A stretch of DNA of 64,000 nucleotides from Aureliella sp. (lineage in GTDB: Bacteria; Planctomycetota; Planctomycetia; Pirellulales; Pirellulaceae): NCBI GenBank assembly GCA_963691875.1, contig OY829846.1:704001-768000 (forward strand), read 5' to 3'. This document shows, piece by piece, positions 29,853 to 38,913 of the stretch. Both the position numbers and the translations under genes were made by a program. The notes under the pieces were generated by a model that had not been told where the DNA came from, did not search any database, and worked only from the letters and a program-made list of their open reading frames with translations. Position 1 is the first letter of the stretch, and each line of letters starts with the position of its first letter.

Positions 29853-32189
29853 CTATTTGTGAGGAATGAAAACCGAACCATCCAGCCTGCCGAACCCCTG
29901 TCCCAGCAGCTGCTGAATCACCAGCCTGGCATCCGCTGCGGTCCTGATGGACCACCTGCCTTGCTGTAATGTGCGTGCATCCAGCCCATCGGGATGCTTG
30001 GCCAGTATCCACTTAATGTGGCTCTGCAGGTCATCGGGACCGGTTGCGGTGTGGTAGTTGCGTTCCAGTTCATGGCCGAACCACCAGGCCAGCTGAATGC
30101 CTGCCTCCATGCTTCGCAGGTCCACAGGCTGGCTTGCCTGTCCCTCTGGATGCTCGGCCATCTGCTGCACTACCGAATGAATCAGGGCCAGCCTGGCCGC
30201 AACTGGCCGCAGCTTCAACCAGGCGTTCTGCAGTTCCCTGTCCATCTCAGCCACATAATCGGCGGCATGCTGCATCCATTGCTTGAATGCATCCAGGGCA
30301 TCGGGTGCCAGGGGCAAATACTTGGGCTGCGTTCCCTGACCATGCGGTTCCCCAGTCAGCCCATACAGCTGCTCGGCCAGGCTGAACATGGCATCATCTA
30401 CAGTCTGCGGTACTTCGGCATCGGTCCAGCTGACGATGGGGCCAGGTGGATAGGCACACAGAATCCTGGCCGCAAACCCATTGGCTATGAATCGCTCGGT
30501 GAAGATGGTTTCCTGTGCTACTGCCGGTTGAATGGTTCCGCACACACTGATGCTGGTCTTGGGCAAGTAGACCCGATAGCCATCGGTCTTGCGGTTCACC
30601 TGAATCTTGCCACCGTTGTAGATGGACAGCCAGTTCTCAACATCTCTACCCTTGCCTGCTCGGTACTGGTCCATGCTGCGTACCCATGCGGCCAGCTCAT
30701 CAATGGACAGTAGCAGCTTGTGGTTGTGCTGGTGAATGTCGATCAGCGTTTCCATCGTGAAATCATTGACCACCAGCTGCTGGGTCTGCTTTTCGCGGTG
30801 GGGTTTCGCTGCCGGTTCGCCACGCTCGAATGCTTCCAGCTGTTTCTTGTATGTGGCATCAGCCTGCTGCATCAACTGGTGCAGGGCATGTTCAATCCTG
30901 TCTGCGGGTGTGGTGGCTGCTTCCCAGCCTGGTGTCTTGCCTCTAGACACATCGCCAATCGTGACAGCCCACAGAATGCTGGGCAGGGTGAAATTCCGCT
31001 TGATATACACTGCCCTGGCCTGGCCAATCAGGGATGCCAGCACTGGCAACATCGGGACAGCCACATAGGCCGGTTCAATCCCGATGGCTGCTGCATGTTC
31101 CATCACATACGCCTGCACCACATCTGGCAGCAGATCCACAGGGAATGGTTTGTAATCCTGTGCCGGTCCCTGACTTGTCTGGTGGTACTCTTGCTGGGCT
31201 GCGTTTACCTGCTCGGCCAGTTCAATCTTGACCGCAGCAGCTGCCTGGCCATAGTCTCCGCCATGCATCAGCAGGGTATAACATTCGAATGCATCGTAGC
31301 ACCCCTTACCCAGTGGTTCTGCTGCACTGGTGTGAACTACCAACAAGGGCTTATCATCATCGGTTCGGACGTAGCCTAGTGTTCCACTGTACCCATCGGC
31401 CAGTGCCTTGCCTGGTCGGGTTAGATACTCAACATCCTGTTCCCAGTGGTGGCTTTTCCAGCCTGCATCCAGCAGCAGCTGCCGAATGTCGGCATGTTGG
31501 TTGAACACATCCCCGGGCCTGGGTTCGCCTGTGTAGCGTTCGGCAGGTTGCCGCTGCACATGGTCTGGAGTGTAGCGGGTGTAGCCTCTGCAAATATCCA
31601 GCAATGTTGCTGCCTCTGCATCGCTGATGATGGGCAGCTGCTCAAACTGCCCATGAATCAGCTGGTAGGGTTCCCCTGTGGGATGGACTGCATCGGGACC
31701 ACCGCAGGCTACTGCATAACCACCGCTGCCCCTGGTTTCAATCAGAATGCCTGGCAGCACGATTTCATTCCCATCTGCATCCAGTTCCCCTGTGGGCTGC
31801 GGTTCGGTCAGGGCCAGCTGCTGACTCTTGGGCGGTTTAGATTCCTGCCTGAACCACACCTGCCGGCCTGGTCTGGGTGTGGCTAATGCCAGCACCTTGC
31901 CTGCCAAATCACCACGATATGCCAGCAGGCTGCCCCAGAATCGCTGAAAGTAAATCTCAGCCTCTGCATCAAAGTCGATGATGTGCAGATTGCCGCTGCC
32001 CAGTCCAGCCAGTATGCCAATCCCTGCCGGCTGGCCGTTACCCCAGTGGGTTTGAATTTCATGTTCGCTTAGCTTCCGTTCCTGCAGATGGGACCAGCTG
32101 CCGACGGGTCGCTTGCTGCCATCGGTTTGCAATGGCAGGACGTTGAAACCGTTTGCCAGGTAGTTCTGAACCGTTCCTGTATAATCCAT
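29853..32189 (-). CDS. Prim-pol (primase) fused to a DUF3987-like P-loop domain
   Basis: N-terminal KRP..W, GIGILAG...L.IIDFD, ETRGSGGY.V...H; C-terminal GDVSRGKT (Walker A-like), IDEL, SVCGTIQP, GFAARIL; AAGGAAAC RBS before ATG 32189. Confidence 0.85.
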   Translation of the reverse strand: MDYTGTVQNYLANGFNVLPLQTDGSKRPVGSWSHLQERKLSEHEIQTHWGNGQPAGIGILAGLGSGNLHIIDFDAEAEIYFQRFWGSLLAYRGDLAGKVLALATPRPGRQVWFRQESKPPKSQQLALTEPQPTGELDADGNEIVLPGILIETRGSGGYAVACGGPDAVHPTGEPYQLIHGQFEQLPIISDAEAATLLDICRGYTRYTPDHVQRQPAERYTGEPRPGDVFNQHADIRQLLLDAGWKSHHWEQDVEYLTRPGKALADGYSGTLGYVRTDDDKPLLVVHTSAAEPLGKGCYDAFECYTLLMHGGDYGQAAAAVKIELAEQVNAAQQEYHQTSQGPAQDYKPFPVDLLPDVVQAYVMEHAAAIGIEPAYVAVPMLPVLASLIGQARAVYIKRNFTLPSILWAVTIGDVSRGKTPGWEAATTPADRIEHALHQLMQQADATYKKQLEAFERGEPAAKPHREKQTQQLVVNDFTMETLIDIHQHNHKLLLSIDELAAWVRSMDQYRAGKGRDVENWLSIYNGGKIQVNRKTDGYRVYLPKTSISVCGTIQPAVAQETIFTERFIANGFAARILCAYPPGPIVSWTDAEVPQTVDDAMFSLAEQLYGLTGEPHGQGTQPKYLPLAPDALDAFKQWMQHAADYVAEMDRELQNAWLKLRPVAARLALIHSVVQQMAEHPEGQASQPVDLRSMEAGIQLAWWFGHELERNYHTATGPDDLQSHIKWILAKHPDGLDARTLQQGRWSIRTAADARLVIQQLLGQGFGRLDGSVFIPHK

Positions 32190-32268
32190 CGAAGTGTTTC
32201 CTTTACAGCAGCCCTGGCCGAACTCGCACATTCACCAGGGCTGCTGTTATGTAGGGACCGAAACTAAA

Positions 32269-32664
32269 CTATGCATCGACCGGATAATCAGTCGCAGGTG
32301 CAGGCTGGGCTGGTTGCGGTACAGCTGCCTGCGGTGTGGTGGGGGCAGGTGGTTGTGGGACTGCCGGCTGCGGTGCTCGCACTCGGATGCATGGCACCAT
32401 GCGACCACTGTAGTTGGTGGTAGTTGAATACAACTCAACCGTCCGGCCATGCCATGCTGCGGTTTCATCGCCCCACAGGTCTGCCAGGATGGTTGCATTG
32501 GTCTTGTTCAGAACCAACTGCTGGCCAGTGGTAAAAACCACTGCCGGCTTTTCATCACCCTCGGGCATCTTTACCATCTGGACCGCTGTAATCTGCAGGG
32601 CAGTTGGCTGGGGAATGTCGGCTGCTTTCAGGTAGTTGCCGGCAAATGTCTGGCTGATTTTCAT
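32269..32664 (-). CDS. Phage-type hypothetical protein, putative SSB
   Basis: YLKAADI, KPAVVF, LVLNKTN, GDET..W.G..V.L, IRVR, then a P/Q-rich linker and TDYPVDA tail; RBS AAGGAAAC. Confidence 0.6.
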   Translation of the reverse strand: MKISQTFAGNYLKAADIPQPTALQITAVQMVKMPEGDEKPAVVFTTGQQLVLNKTNATILADLWGDETAAWHGRTVELYSTTTNYSGRMVPCIRVRAPQPAVPQPPAPTTPQAAVPQPAQPAPATDYPVDA

Positions 32665-32910
32665 TTGTGTTTCCTTTTCGTCACATGGACAAATGATTGC
32701 ACTGGCGGGCAGGATGTAACCGCACACCCAATAGCACCCTGGCCAGGGCTGTGGCTTGGCAGCTGACCGCTTGGCCGGCTGCTTTGGTGTCCGCTGTTTG
32801 CGGTAGACTTTGCTGATTTTCAGGTGCAGCCCCGGCATAGCTCGCAGATGGGCTGGCCTTGTTCATCAACATTGGTGGCAGGATGCCCACATCGGCAGCA
32901 GGGTTCTGCG

Positions 32911-33141
32911 TCAGTCATCCTCAGTGCCTGGGCAGCCTGCCCGAATCCACTCATCAGCAAGGGATTCCCTGAATCGAGATGAACCGCAGATGGTCAGCTT
33001 GCAGTCGCGGGGCAGTACCCCAATTCGCAGCCACCTATCCACGGTTCGCTGGGTAACTCCCAGCTTGCTGGCCAGCTCGGCCTTGTTCAGCAGTCGCTCA
33101 GACTGAGGATGCTGCAATGGCAGCTCCAGCTGCTTTTCCAT
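32911..33141 (-). CDS. AlpA/excisionase-like HTH protein
   Basis: LLNKAELASKLGVTQRTVDRW...LP...RF....DEWI.AGCP; GGAG RBS. Confidence 0.85.
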   Translation of the reverse strand: MEKQLELPLQHPQSERLLNKAELASKLGVTQRTVDRWLRIGVLPRDCKLTICGSSRFRESLADEWIRAGCPGTEDD

Positions 33142-33324
33142 TTGCTTGACTCCAATCGGTAACAGGAATGAAATATTCAACTGCTACTGATTGAACCGGC
33201 AGATTCTGTGACAACCTGTGACACATGAAAGATGGTCACAGCTTTGGATACATTGTGATAGTTGCGGCTATCAGCCAGCCACCACAGGCTAGGCCAATCG
33301 CTTATTGGGACATCTCGAAAATCC

Positions 33325-34257
33325 CTAAGATTTCTTTCTGTGACTTATTTTCCTGTCACAGTTTGCGAATGGGTTTTCTGGAATGTTCGCTTTCCGTTTC
33401 CGAAGTTCTTTGCAAATCTCGGCGGCTGTGGTGTACCCGTATCTCGATTTCTGCTTCCGAACTCTACCCCGCAGCCTATGCATGCCATCCGGGGTTAGCC
33501 CCAGCTCGGGGTAGCGGTTTACGAACTTTGCGTTGCTTCGAAGACCATTCTTCTCATACCGTTCATAAATGAGCCAATCCGAGTACATTGCGGCTAGGTC
33601 TACATCGTCGTGTGTGCTACTCGGTTTCGATGGTTCTTCAGCTTGGCCTTTGTTCGGCTTCAATGGTTCCTGCTCTGCGAGATCCAGAAGCCAATCAATG
33701 ATCTGCATTGATGCACTGTGGCAATCTATGTGCCACGCATACCAACCACTATCAGTGTCCGGGCCGCTTTTGAAACCAGGATGCCCATATGCGTAGATAC
33801 GCTTCAACTTGAACCCACAGTCCGGTCTTCGCTGTAGTCCGATTTCAACTATGAACTGCCACCAATCGTCTGCATTACTGACGAACTCTTCTGAATAGCT
33901 GCGAAGAAACTGCTTTCTGTATTCCCGGGAAACTACATCTATCGCAAGCTCGCCTAATCTGGCCGGAACCCTCAGATCGTAGTTTTTGTTATCCGGCAAT
34001 AGGTAACAAATATCCCTGACGAGATTTTCACGAATGCAATATCTCTGTTGTATGACTGCCTTTAATTCTGGCAGCTGAAACACTAGCTTATCGACCTTAA
34101 TTGCGGGTAAACGGGTGCAGTTCTGCCGGATCAGGATGGGCAGTTCTCCGTGCCGATCTAACTTACGTTCAAAAGCCGCACGGAGTGTTCTAAGGCTACG
34201 GACAGAGGGCCGCCGCGGTTTCAATCCGGAGTGGTCCCCGGCTTTGTCTGCAGTCAT
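33325..34257 (-). CDS. Hypothetical protein, possible element regulator
   Basis: About 310-aa ORF with AGGA RBS; basic C-terminal helical region; upstream of the xis-like gene. Confidence 0.55.
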   Translation of the reverse strand: MTADKAGDHSGLKPRRPSVRSLRTLRAAFERKLDRHGELPILIRQNCTRLPAIKVDKLVFQLPELKAVIQQRYCIRENLVRDICYLLPDNKNYDLRVPARLGELAIDVVSREYRKQFLRSYSEEFVSNADDWWQFIVEIGLQRRPDCGFKLKRIYAYGHPGFKSGPDTDSGWYAWHIDCHSASMQIIDWLLDLAEQEPLKPNKGQAEEPSKPSSTHDDVDLAAMYSDWLIYERYEKNGLRSNAKFVNRYPELGLTPDGMHRLRGRVRKQKSRYGYTTAAEICKELRKRKANIPENPFANCDRKISHRKKS

Positions 34258-34279
34258 GGGAAGTCCTATTCTTTGGCTG

Positions 34280-34357
34280 CCAGGCTGCGTCTCGGTACGG
34301 ACGGAATAGGGCATCTGTACCGAAACACATTAGCGGGTAATTAGGCCGCAAACCTGG
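34280..34357 (-). ncRNA. Candidate structured leader RNA (three-stem junction)
   Basis: P1 CCAGGU/GCCUGG, P2 GCGG/CCGC, P3 13-bp UGUGUUUCGGUAC/GUACCGAGACGCA with two G-U pairs. Confidence 0.4.
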
Positions 34358-34613
34358 TCACGATAGCCTAATGGATTAGTCACACGGCCCCACCACCCCG
34401 CAGGTGTACGCAGCCCCCCTAAAAAGTATTTGCTAGGTCGCAATTGTGTGCGCGACACGATAGGTCGCTGCCGCTCCATTCCTCAGAATCTGACCGCCCC
34501 CCGGTGTCAGCACAGGCTAACATTCCACGGTTCCCTGCAGTGCATGCAGCAGCTCAGCTAAATGCTCATCGGCCAGATGCTCCCTGATGCATTCTGCGAA
34601 CATCTCAGCCGGC

Positions 34614-34699
34614 TGTGGGGTACTTTTTGGGGTACTTTCGCTGCTGGTTTCGTTTGGCCCAATGTTTTGTTGGGTGGGTGAAGTCCTTGCGGGGGTACA
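34614..34699 (+). repeat. Relict attR-like site (arm repeat + tRNA-like core)
   Basis: Exact 25-bp arm repeat, then AAGTCCTTGCGGGGGTACA at the same offset as the core in the true attR. Confidence 0.7.
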
Positions 34700-34704
34700 T
34701 TTAA

Positions 34705-34736
34705 GCCGCTTTTCCCTGGGGAATGGCGGTTTTTTG
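34705..34736 (+). terminator. Terminator-like hairpin after the relict core
   Basis: GCCGCTTTTCC-CTG-GGGAATGGCGGT plus T-run. Confidence 0.55.
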
Positions 34737-34838
34737 TTTCCATTCACTAAATAATTCATCTATCTTTGCGGATTATTTGCTTATTATCAAACACTTGCAG
34801 CGGTGCAGAAACCAGCCGCAAACACTATCCGGGCTTTG

Positions 34839-35233
34839 AAAGCAAGAAGAATTGATTCTGACTGAAAGAGGCACCAATGAGTGACCAACCAAATCCATAC
34901 AGCGAGCCAGAGAGTAGCGAGCTACCTATCGTTGAAGCGAAGAAGCCCACAAGCAAGCGTAAAATTTTGTATTTGATAGCGATCGGTGTCATCTGGACGC
35001 TTGCACTTATTGGTTTGGTACCAGTTGTGTTTACGGTCTGGCTTCTTCTTTATGGTCATAAGTATTCTTGACCAGCAAATGCATGAAACAAGGCTCCAAA
35101 AGCAAGAAGAATTGATTCTGACTGAAAGAGGCACCAATGAGTGACCAACCAAATCCATACAGCGAGCCAGAGAGTAGCGAGCTACCTATCGTTGAAGCGA
35201 AGAAGCCCACAAGCAAGCGTAAAATTTTGTATT
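34839..35233 (+). repeat. 135-bp exact direct repeat (34839-34973 / 35099-35233)
   Basis: 260-bp period; covers the RBS and 5' half of two small ORFs. Confidence 0.93.
34877..35071 (+). CDS. Small membrane protein, copy 1
   Basis: GAGG RBS, MSDQPNPYSEP..., one long hydrophobic segment. Confidence 0.65.
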   Translation: MSDQPNPYSEPESSELPIVEAKKPTSKRKILYLIAIGVIWTLALIGLVPVVFTVWLLLYGHKYS

Positions 35234-35406
35234 GGATAGCGTTTGGTGGCTGTGTCGTCCCGCTTGCACTTCTTGGTTTATTGACAGTTTGGCAAGTTTC
35301 GTTTTGGATCGCCACGGCTGGCAGTACACCCCCCCCTGCGGTGGATTTAGTGCGCCATACGGGCTGCTTTTCGCGCAGCGCGGGGCAAAGGTGCAATGAG
35401 TTGTAA
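35137..35406 (+). CDS. Small membrane protein, copy 2
   Basis: Same first 32 aa as copy 1; diverged TM segment and tail. Confidence 0.55.
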   Translation: MSDQPNPYSEPESSELPIVEAKKPTSKRKILYWIAFGGCVVPLALLGLLTVWQVSFWIATAGSTPPPAVDLVRHTGCFSRSAGQRCNEL

Positions 35407-35975
35407 CTAACCGGAGAATGAAGGCTCTTTTTCCTTTCTTTTTCCTCTGTTTCTCTCGTTTTCTGCGAGCAAAAGAAAAAAGCGTAGGAAAGATCTCTAG
35501 GCGATAGGCAATGTTACTCGGGCTGCATCTTCGCTACACGAGTCTGAGCGATAGATCTTCGCTTTCGATAACACGTTAGCCGGACTTCGGGTGCTAAACA
35601 CTATTATCAATCGTTCGTCGAAGGTCGGATGAGCATGTTGAATCGGTCTTAAGTCTACTCAATATGTCGAGTGTTTCCTTGTTGACGTGGAGTACATTGA
35701 TTACCCGTGTATGGGTTATCTAAGCTAAGCTGTTTGTCCCAAGCGGGCGCACCCGAGTCGCTACTGAGATTTCTTCGACGGACGGAGTCTCGCACGATAG
35801 TTCGCTGCTTCATAGAATTCAGAGATGATCTAGGGCAGGTAAAATACACGGCGGGCGAGATATGCTGTCTTTTTACCCTGAATGCATCAGCGCAGATCGG
35901 GTCAACCGGCCAAATAGGTTCAGGGCAGATGTGAAGAGGCTCCTGGCGTTATTGGACTCAGATTTGAGAAGATAG

Positions 35976-36853
35976 ATGGCTGGAAGGAGAATAAGGATGA
36001 ATCAATGGAGAATAAGCACGGTGTGCTCTTTCCTGTGTCTGGCAGGTTTGTTGGGCTGTCGGCCCAACATTGAAAAGACCGAAGCAGAAGTACCTGCTGT
36101 TGAGAGTCAGCCAACAACCAGCGAGATTCGGATTCTGGCTTGGAATGTTGAGTCCGGCGGAAGCGAAGCAGAGACCATAGCAACACAGCTCTCCGAGTTT
36201 AACACCTATGATTTGTACGCTTTGAGCGAAGTGTCACCGCGACACTTTAAGATCTTTTCCAGCGCTGTTGGTGACAACTTTACCTCATTGGAGAGCAGGA
36301 GTGGCGCAAGTGATCGGTTGCAAATCATCTTTGACAAAAGTCGTTTCGAGCTCCTTGAGCTAGATGAGCCTCAGGAGATTGAGGGCATCAAAGTAAACGA
36401 CGGGAACCATCGTTCACCACTGATCGTGCACCTGAAAGACCGCCGGACCGGCGAGGAGATGCTACTGACAGTAGTACATCTTGCGAGACGGAACGAGGAA
36501 CTACGCGAGCAACAAGCTTTGGGCCTGACTGAGTGGGCGCGAGGCAAGTCGATACCTATGGTTGCCAATGGCGATTTCAATTTCGACTATTCATTTGTAA
36601 CTCACGAGGGCAATCAGTCGTGCGCAGCAATGTTTGGCAGTGGGTTAAGCCGCAGGAATGGATCGATACGAATTGGTCTGGTAATTCTCAAGGCAAAGAC
36701 CGTTATCCGGATTCGATGCTTGACTTCGCTTTTGTGGCTGGGAAGGCGCGAGAATGGGAGCCTGTCTGCAACGTGATAGTTCGTCCCGGAGATTTTCCGG
36801 ATGACGAAAAGACAAGCGACCATCGGCCGACTGAATTAATACTGCATCCATGA
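35976..36853 (+). pseudogene. Endonuclease/exonuclease/phosphatase family lipoprotein, frameshifted near 36630
   Basis: AWNVE, LSEV, HL, GDFN in one frame; W.WVKP, LDFAF, SDHRP in another. Confidence 0.8.
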
Positions 36854-36987
36854 TGCGACGTGCGGCATTGATTGATGCTGTGTCTTCTGTCCCCGTGAGA
36901 TCCGGGTTCTAATCGACGACTTCATCAACTACGAACTCTGCTTCCCGGGAGCCGTTACTGGCTCCACAAAGGCCAAATGTACGTACT

Positions 36988-37725
36988 ATGACGAGCTACT
37001 TACGGTTCCAGTCGATGAAGCAGCGAGAACTTGTGCCAGAGCTCATGGACGATCCCCAGTTGGATCGGCTTGAGCATCAAGCTGCTCTCGAAGGACTAAA
37101 GCGAATCAATGCCTGGACTGGCAATCCTAGACTCGCATGGAGTTTTTTGCGAAAAAGCATTTCAAAAGGTCCTGTCAACCAAAAGCTCAGTCTTCTCGAT
37201 GTAGCAACCGGCTCAGCGGATATACCAATCGCTATACATAGATTGAGTACGAAAACAGGACAAAGTCTGAGTGTCACTGCCAGCGATATTAGTGTAGCCG
37301 CACTTTTGGTAGCCCGACAGCAGGCGTGGAATAATCGAGCGAATATCGAACTGATTGAACATGATGTTGTCCAAAACGATATCGAGGGAAAATTCGATTT
37401 CGTCATGTCTTCACAATTCCTGCACCATTTGAACGAAAACGAGGTTGTTACCGTTCTAAAGCGAATGCGGTCTGCAGCCCGTAGAAAGGTGATAGTGATT
37501 GATCTTCACCGGAGCTGGATGAACTTCTATCAAGTTTGGCTCGCCACGCGTTTGCTAAGTCGATCAAGAGTCGTGCACTTCGATGGTCCACAATCTATTC
37601 GGGCTGCATTCACTTTAAAGGAGTTCGAGAAGCTGGCCGTTCGAGCAGGCTTTCGCGATTTCGAGCTCTCGTTGAGGTGGCCATGCAGGTTTGTATTCTG
37701 TGGGAAAGGCAATGGCACCAATTAA
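36988..37725 (+). CDS. SAM-dependent methyltransferase (type III PKS-associated)
   Basis: ELMDDP, LDVATGSAD, FLHHL, DL.R, DG..SI.AAFT. Confidence 0.88.
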   Translation: MTSYLRFQSMKQRELVPELMDDPQLDRLEHQAALEGLKRINAWTGNPRLAWSFLRKSISKGPVNQKLSLLDVATGSADIPIAIHRLSTKTGQSLSVTASDISVAALLVARQQAWNNRANIELIEHDVVQNDIEGKFDFVMSSQFLHHLNENEVVTVLKRMRSAARRKVIVIDLHRSWMNFYQVWLATRLLSRSRVVHFDGPQSIRAAFTLKEFEKLAVRAGFRDFELSLRWPCRFVFCGKGNGTN

Positions 37726-38911
37726 AGAAGTTCCTTCGACTATTGAAATTGACCAAGTGGTAAGTGGCTCGTGGGATATTGTCGTAATCGGGGCGGGGCT
37801 AGCGGGCGCTCTATGCGCACGTCAGTTAGCTCTACAGGGCTGCAAAGTATTGCTTGTCGACCAAGCCAAGTTCCCCCGATGGAAAGTCTGTGGTTGCTGC
37901 CTAAACGGTGCTGCAATCGATGTACTCGCTCGATCGGGGCTTCGCGAATTAATCATGGATTGCAATGCGATTCCGCTCAAAGGTCTCGAGCTTTCTTCCG
38001 GTCATCGTGTTGCCACTTTTGAACATAAACATGGTGTAGTCGTTTCGCGGGAGAGACTAGATAGCGCATTGATCCACGCAGCGATCGAGGCAGGTGTCGA
38101 ATTTATTCACGGGGTCAAAGCACAGATAGATCCGATCGATCCGCAGCAGGTAATCGTGCATCTCAGAAATATTCCGACGCACGTATCTATTACGGTTCCA
38201 ATCGCAATCGCAGCAACTGGTCTAGGCGCGCGAGTTTTCTCTGATTGCGTTCATGAGTATCGAGAAGTCGCAACCTCATCACGAGTCGGTTTGGGGGCAG
38301 TGATTGAAGACTGCCCTTCCGAAGTTGAACCCGGTGTAATCTATATGCACTGTAATTCAGAAGGTTACGTTGGGCTAGTGCGATTAGAAGATAATCGTCT
38401 GGACATTGCAGCGGCCTTGGACGCTGACGCAATCAAGCGTTCTCGCGGACCTGCGGAACTAATTACCAAGATCTTGAAACAATCGTCAGCTCGTGCGCTG
38501 GCGGGCATTCGCTCAGCTTCATGGCAAGGAACGCCCAAGCTGACACAACGACGGGCTAATGTTGCCGAGCATGGTTGTCTTTTCATCGGAGATGCCGCGG
38601 GCTACGTTGAGCCCTTCACCGGGGAAGGCATGGCGTGGGCACTGGCTTGCGGTTACACCTCGGCAGCATTGGCGGCACGTGCCATCAATGCGAACGAAAC
38701 CGAAAGGGTCGCCGAACAATGGAAAAAACATCATCGAGAGATGATTGTTCGTCGTTCCCGGGCCTGCAAACTTATCAGTCTGGGATTGCGTTATCCGATT
38801 GTTCCTCAGTTCTCGGTGCGTGCACTGTCGGTCTTTCCATGGTTGGCACAACCGATCGTCCGATCCATGAACGCACCTTTCGATTTGAATGCTCTTCCTG
38901 ATTTCACGTGA
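37712..38911 (+). CDS. FAD-dependent oxidoreductase (geranylgeranyl reductase-like)
   Basis: VIGAGLAG, FPR.KVCG, IGDAAGYVEPFTGEGM. Confidence 0.9.
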   Translation: MAPIKEVPSTIEIDQVVSGSWDIVVIGAGLAGALCARQLALQGCKVLLVDQAKFPRWKVCGCCLNGAAIDVLARSGLRELIMDCNAIPLKGLELSSGHRVATFEHKHGVVVSRERLDSALIHAAIEAGVEFIHGVKAQIDPIDPQQVIVHLRNIPTHVSITVPIAIAATGLGARVFSDCVHEYREVATSSRVGLGAVIEDCPSEVEPGVIYMHCNSEGYVGLVRLEDNRLDIAAALDADAIKRSRGPAELITKILKQSSARALAGIRSASWQGTPKLTQRRANVAEHGCLFIGDAAGYVEPFTGEGMAWALACGYTSAALAARAINANETERVAEQWKKHHREMIVRRSRACKLISLGLRYPIVPQFSVRALSVFPWLAQPIVRSMNAPFDLNALPDFT

Positions 38912-38913
38912 AG

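Noticed and set aside
32681..32890. Small ORF between the xis-like and SSB-like genes
   Set aside because: Plausible position but no recognisable motif, and a competing frame exists; not supportable.
34681..34699. Second intact tRNA gene
   Set aside because: Only a 3'-end-like fragment; no D arm or anticodon arm upstream.
34517..34759. Independent 80-aa gene
   Set aside because: It spans a terminator-like hairpin and att-like core and matches the attP-frame integrase tail, so it is better explained as a relict end.
34839..35233. Integron cassettes or CRISPR repeats
   Set aside because: Only two copies, the repeat is mostly coding, and no attC-like palindrome was seen.
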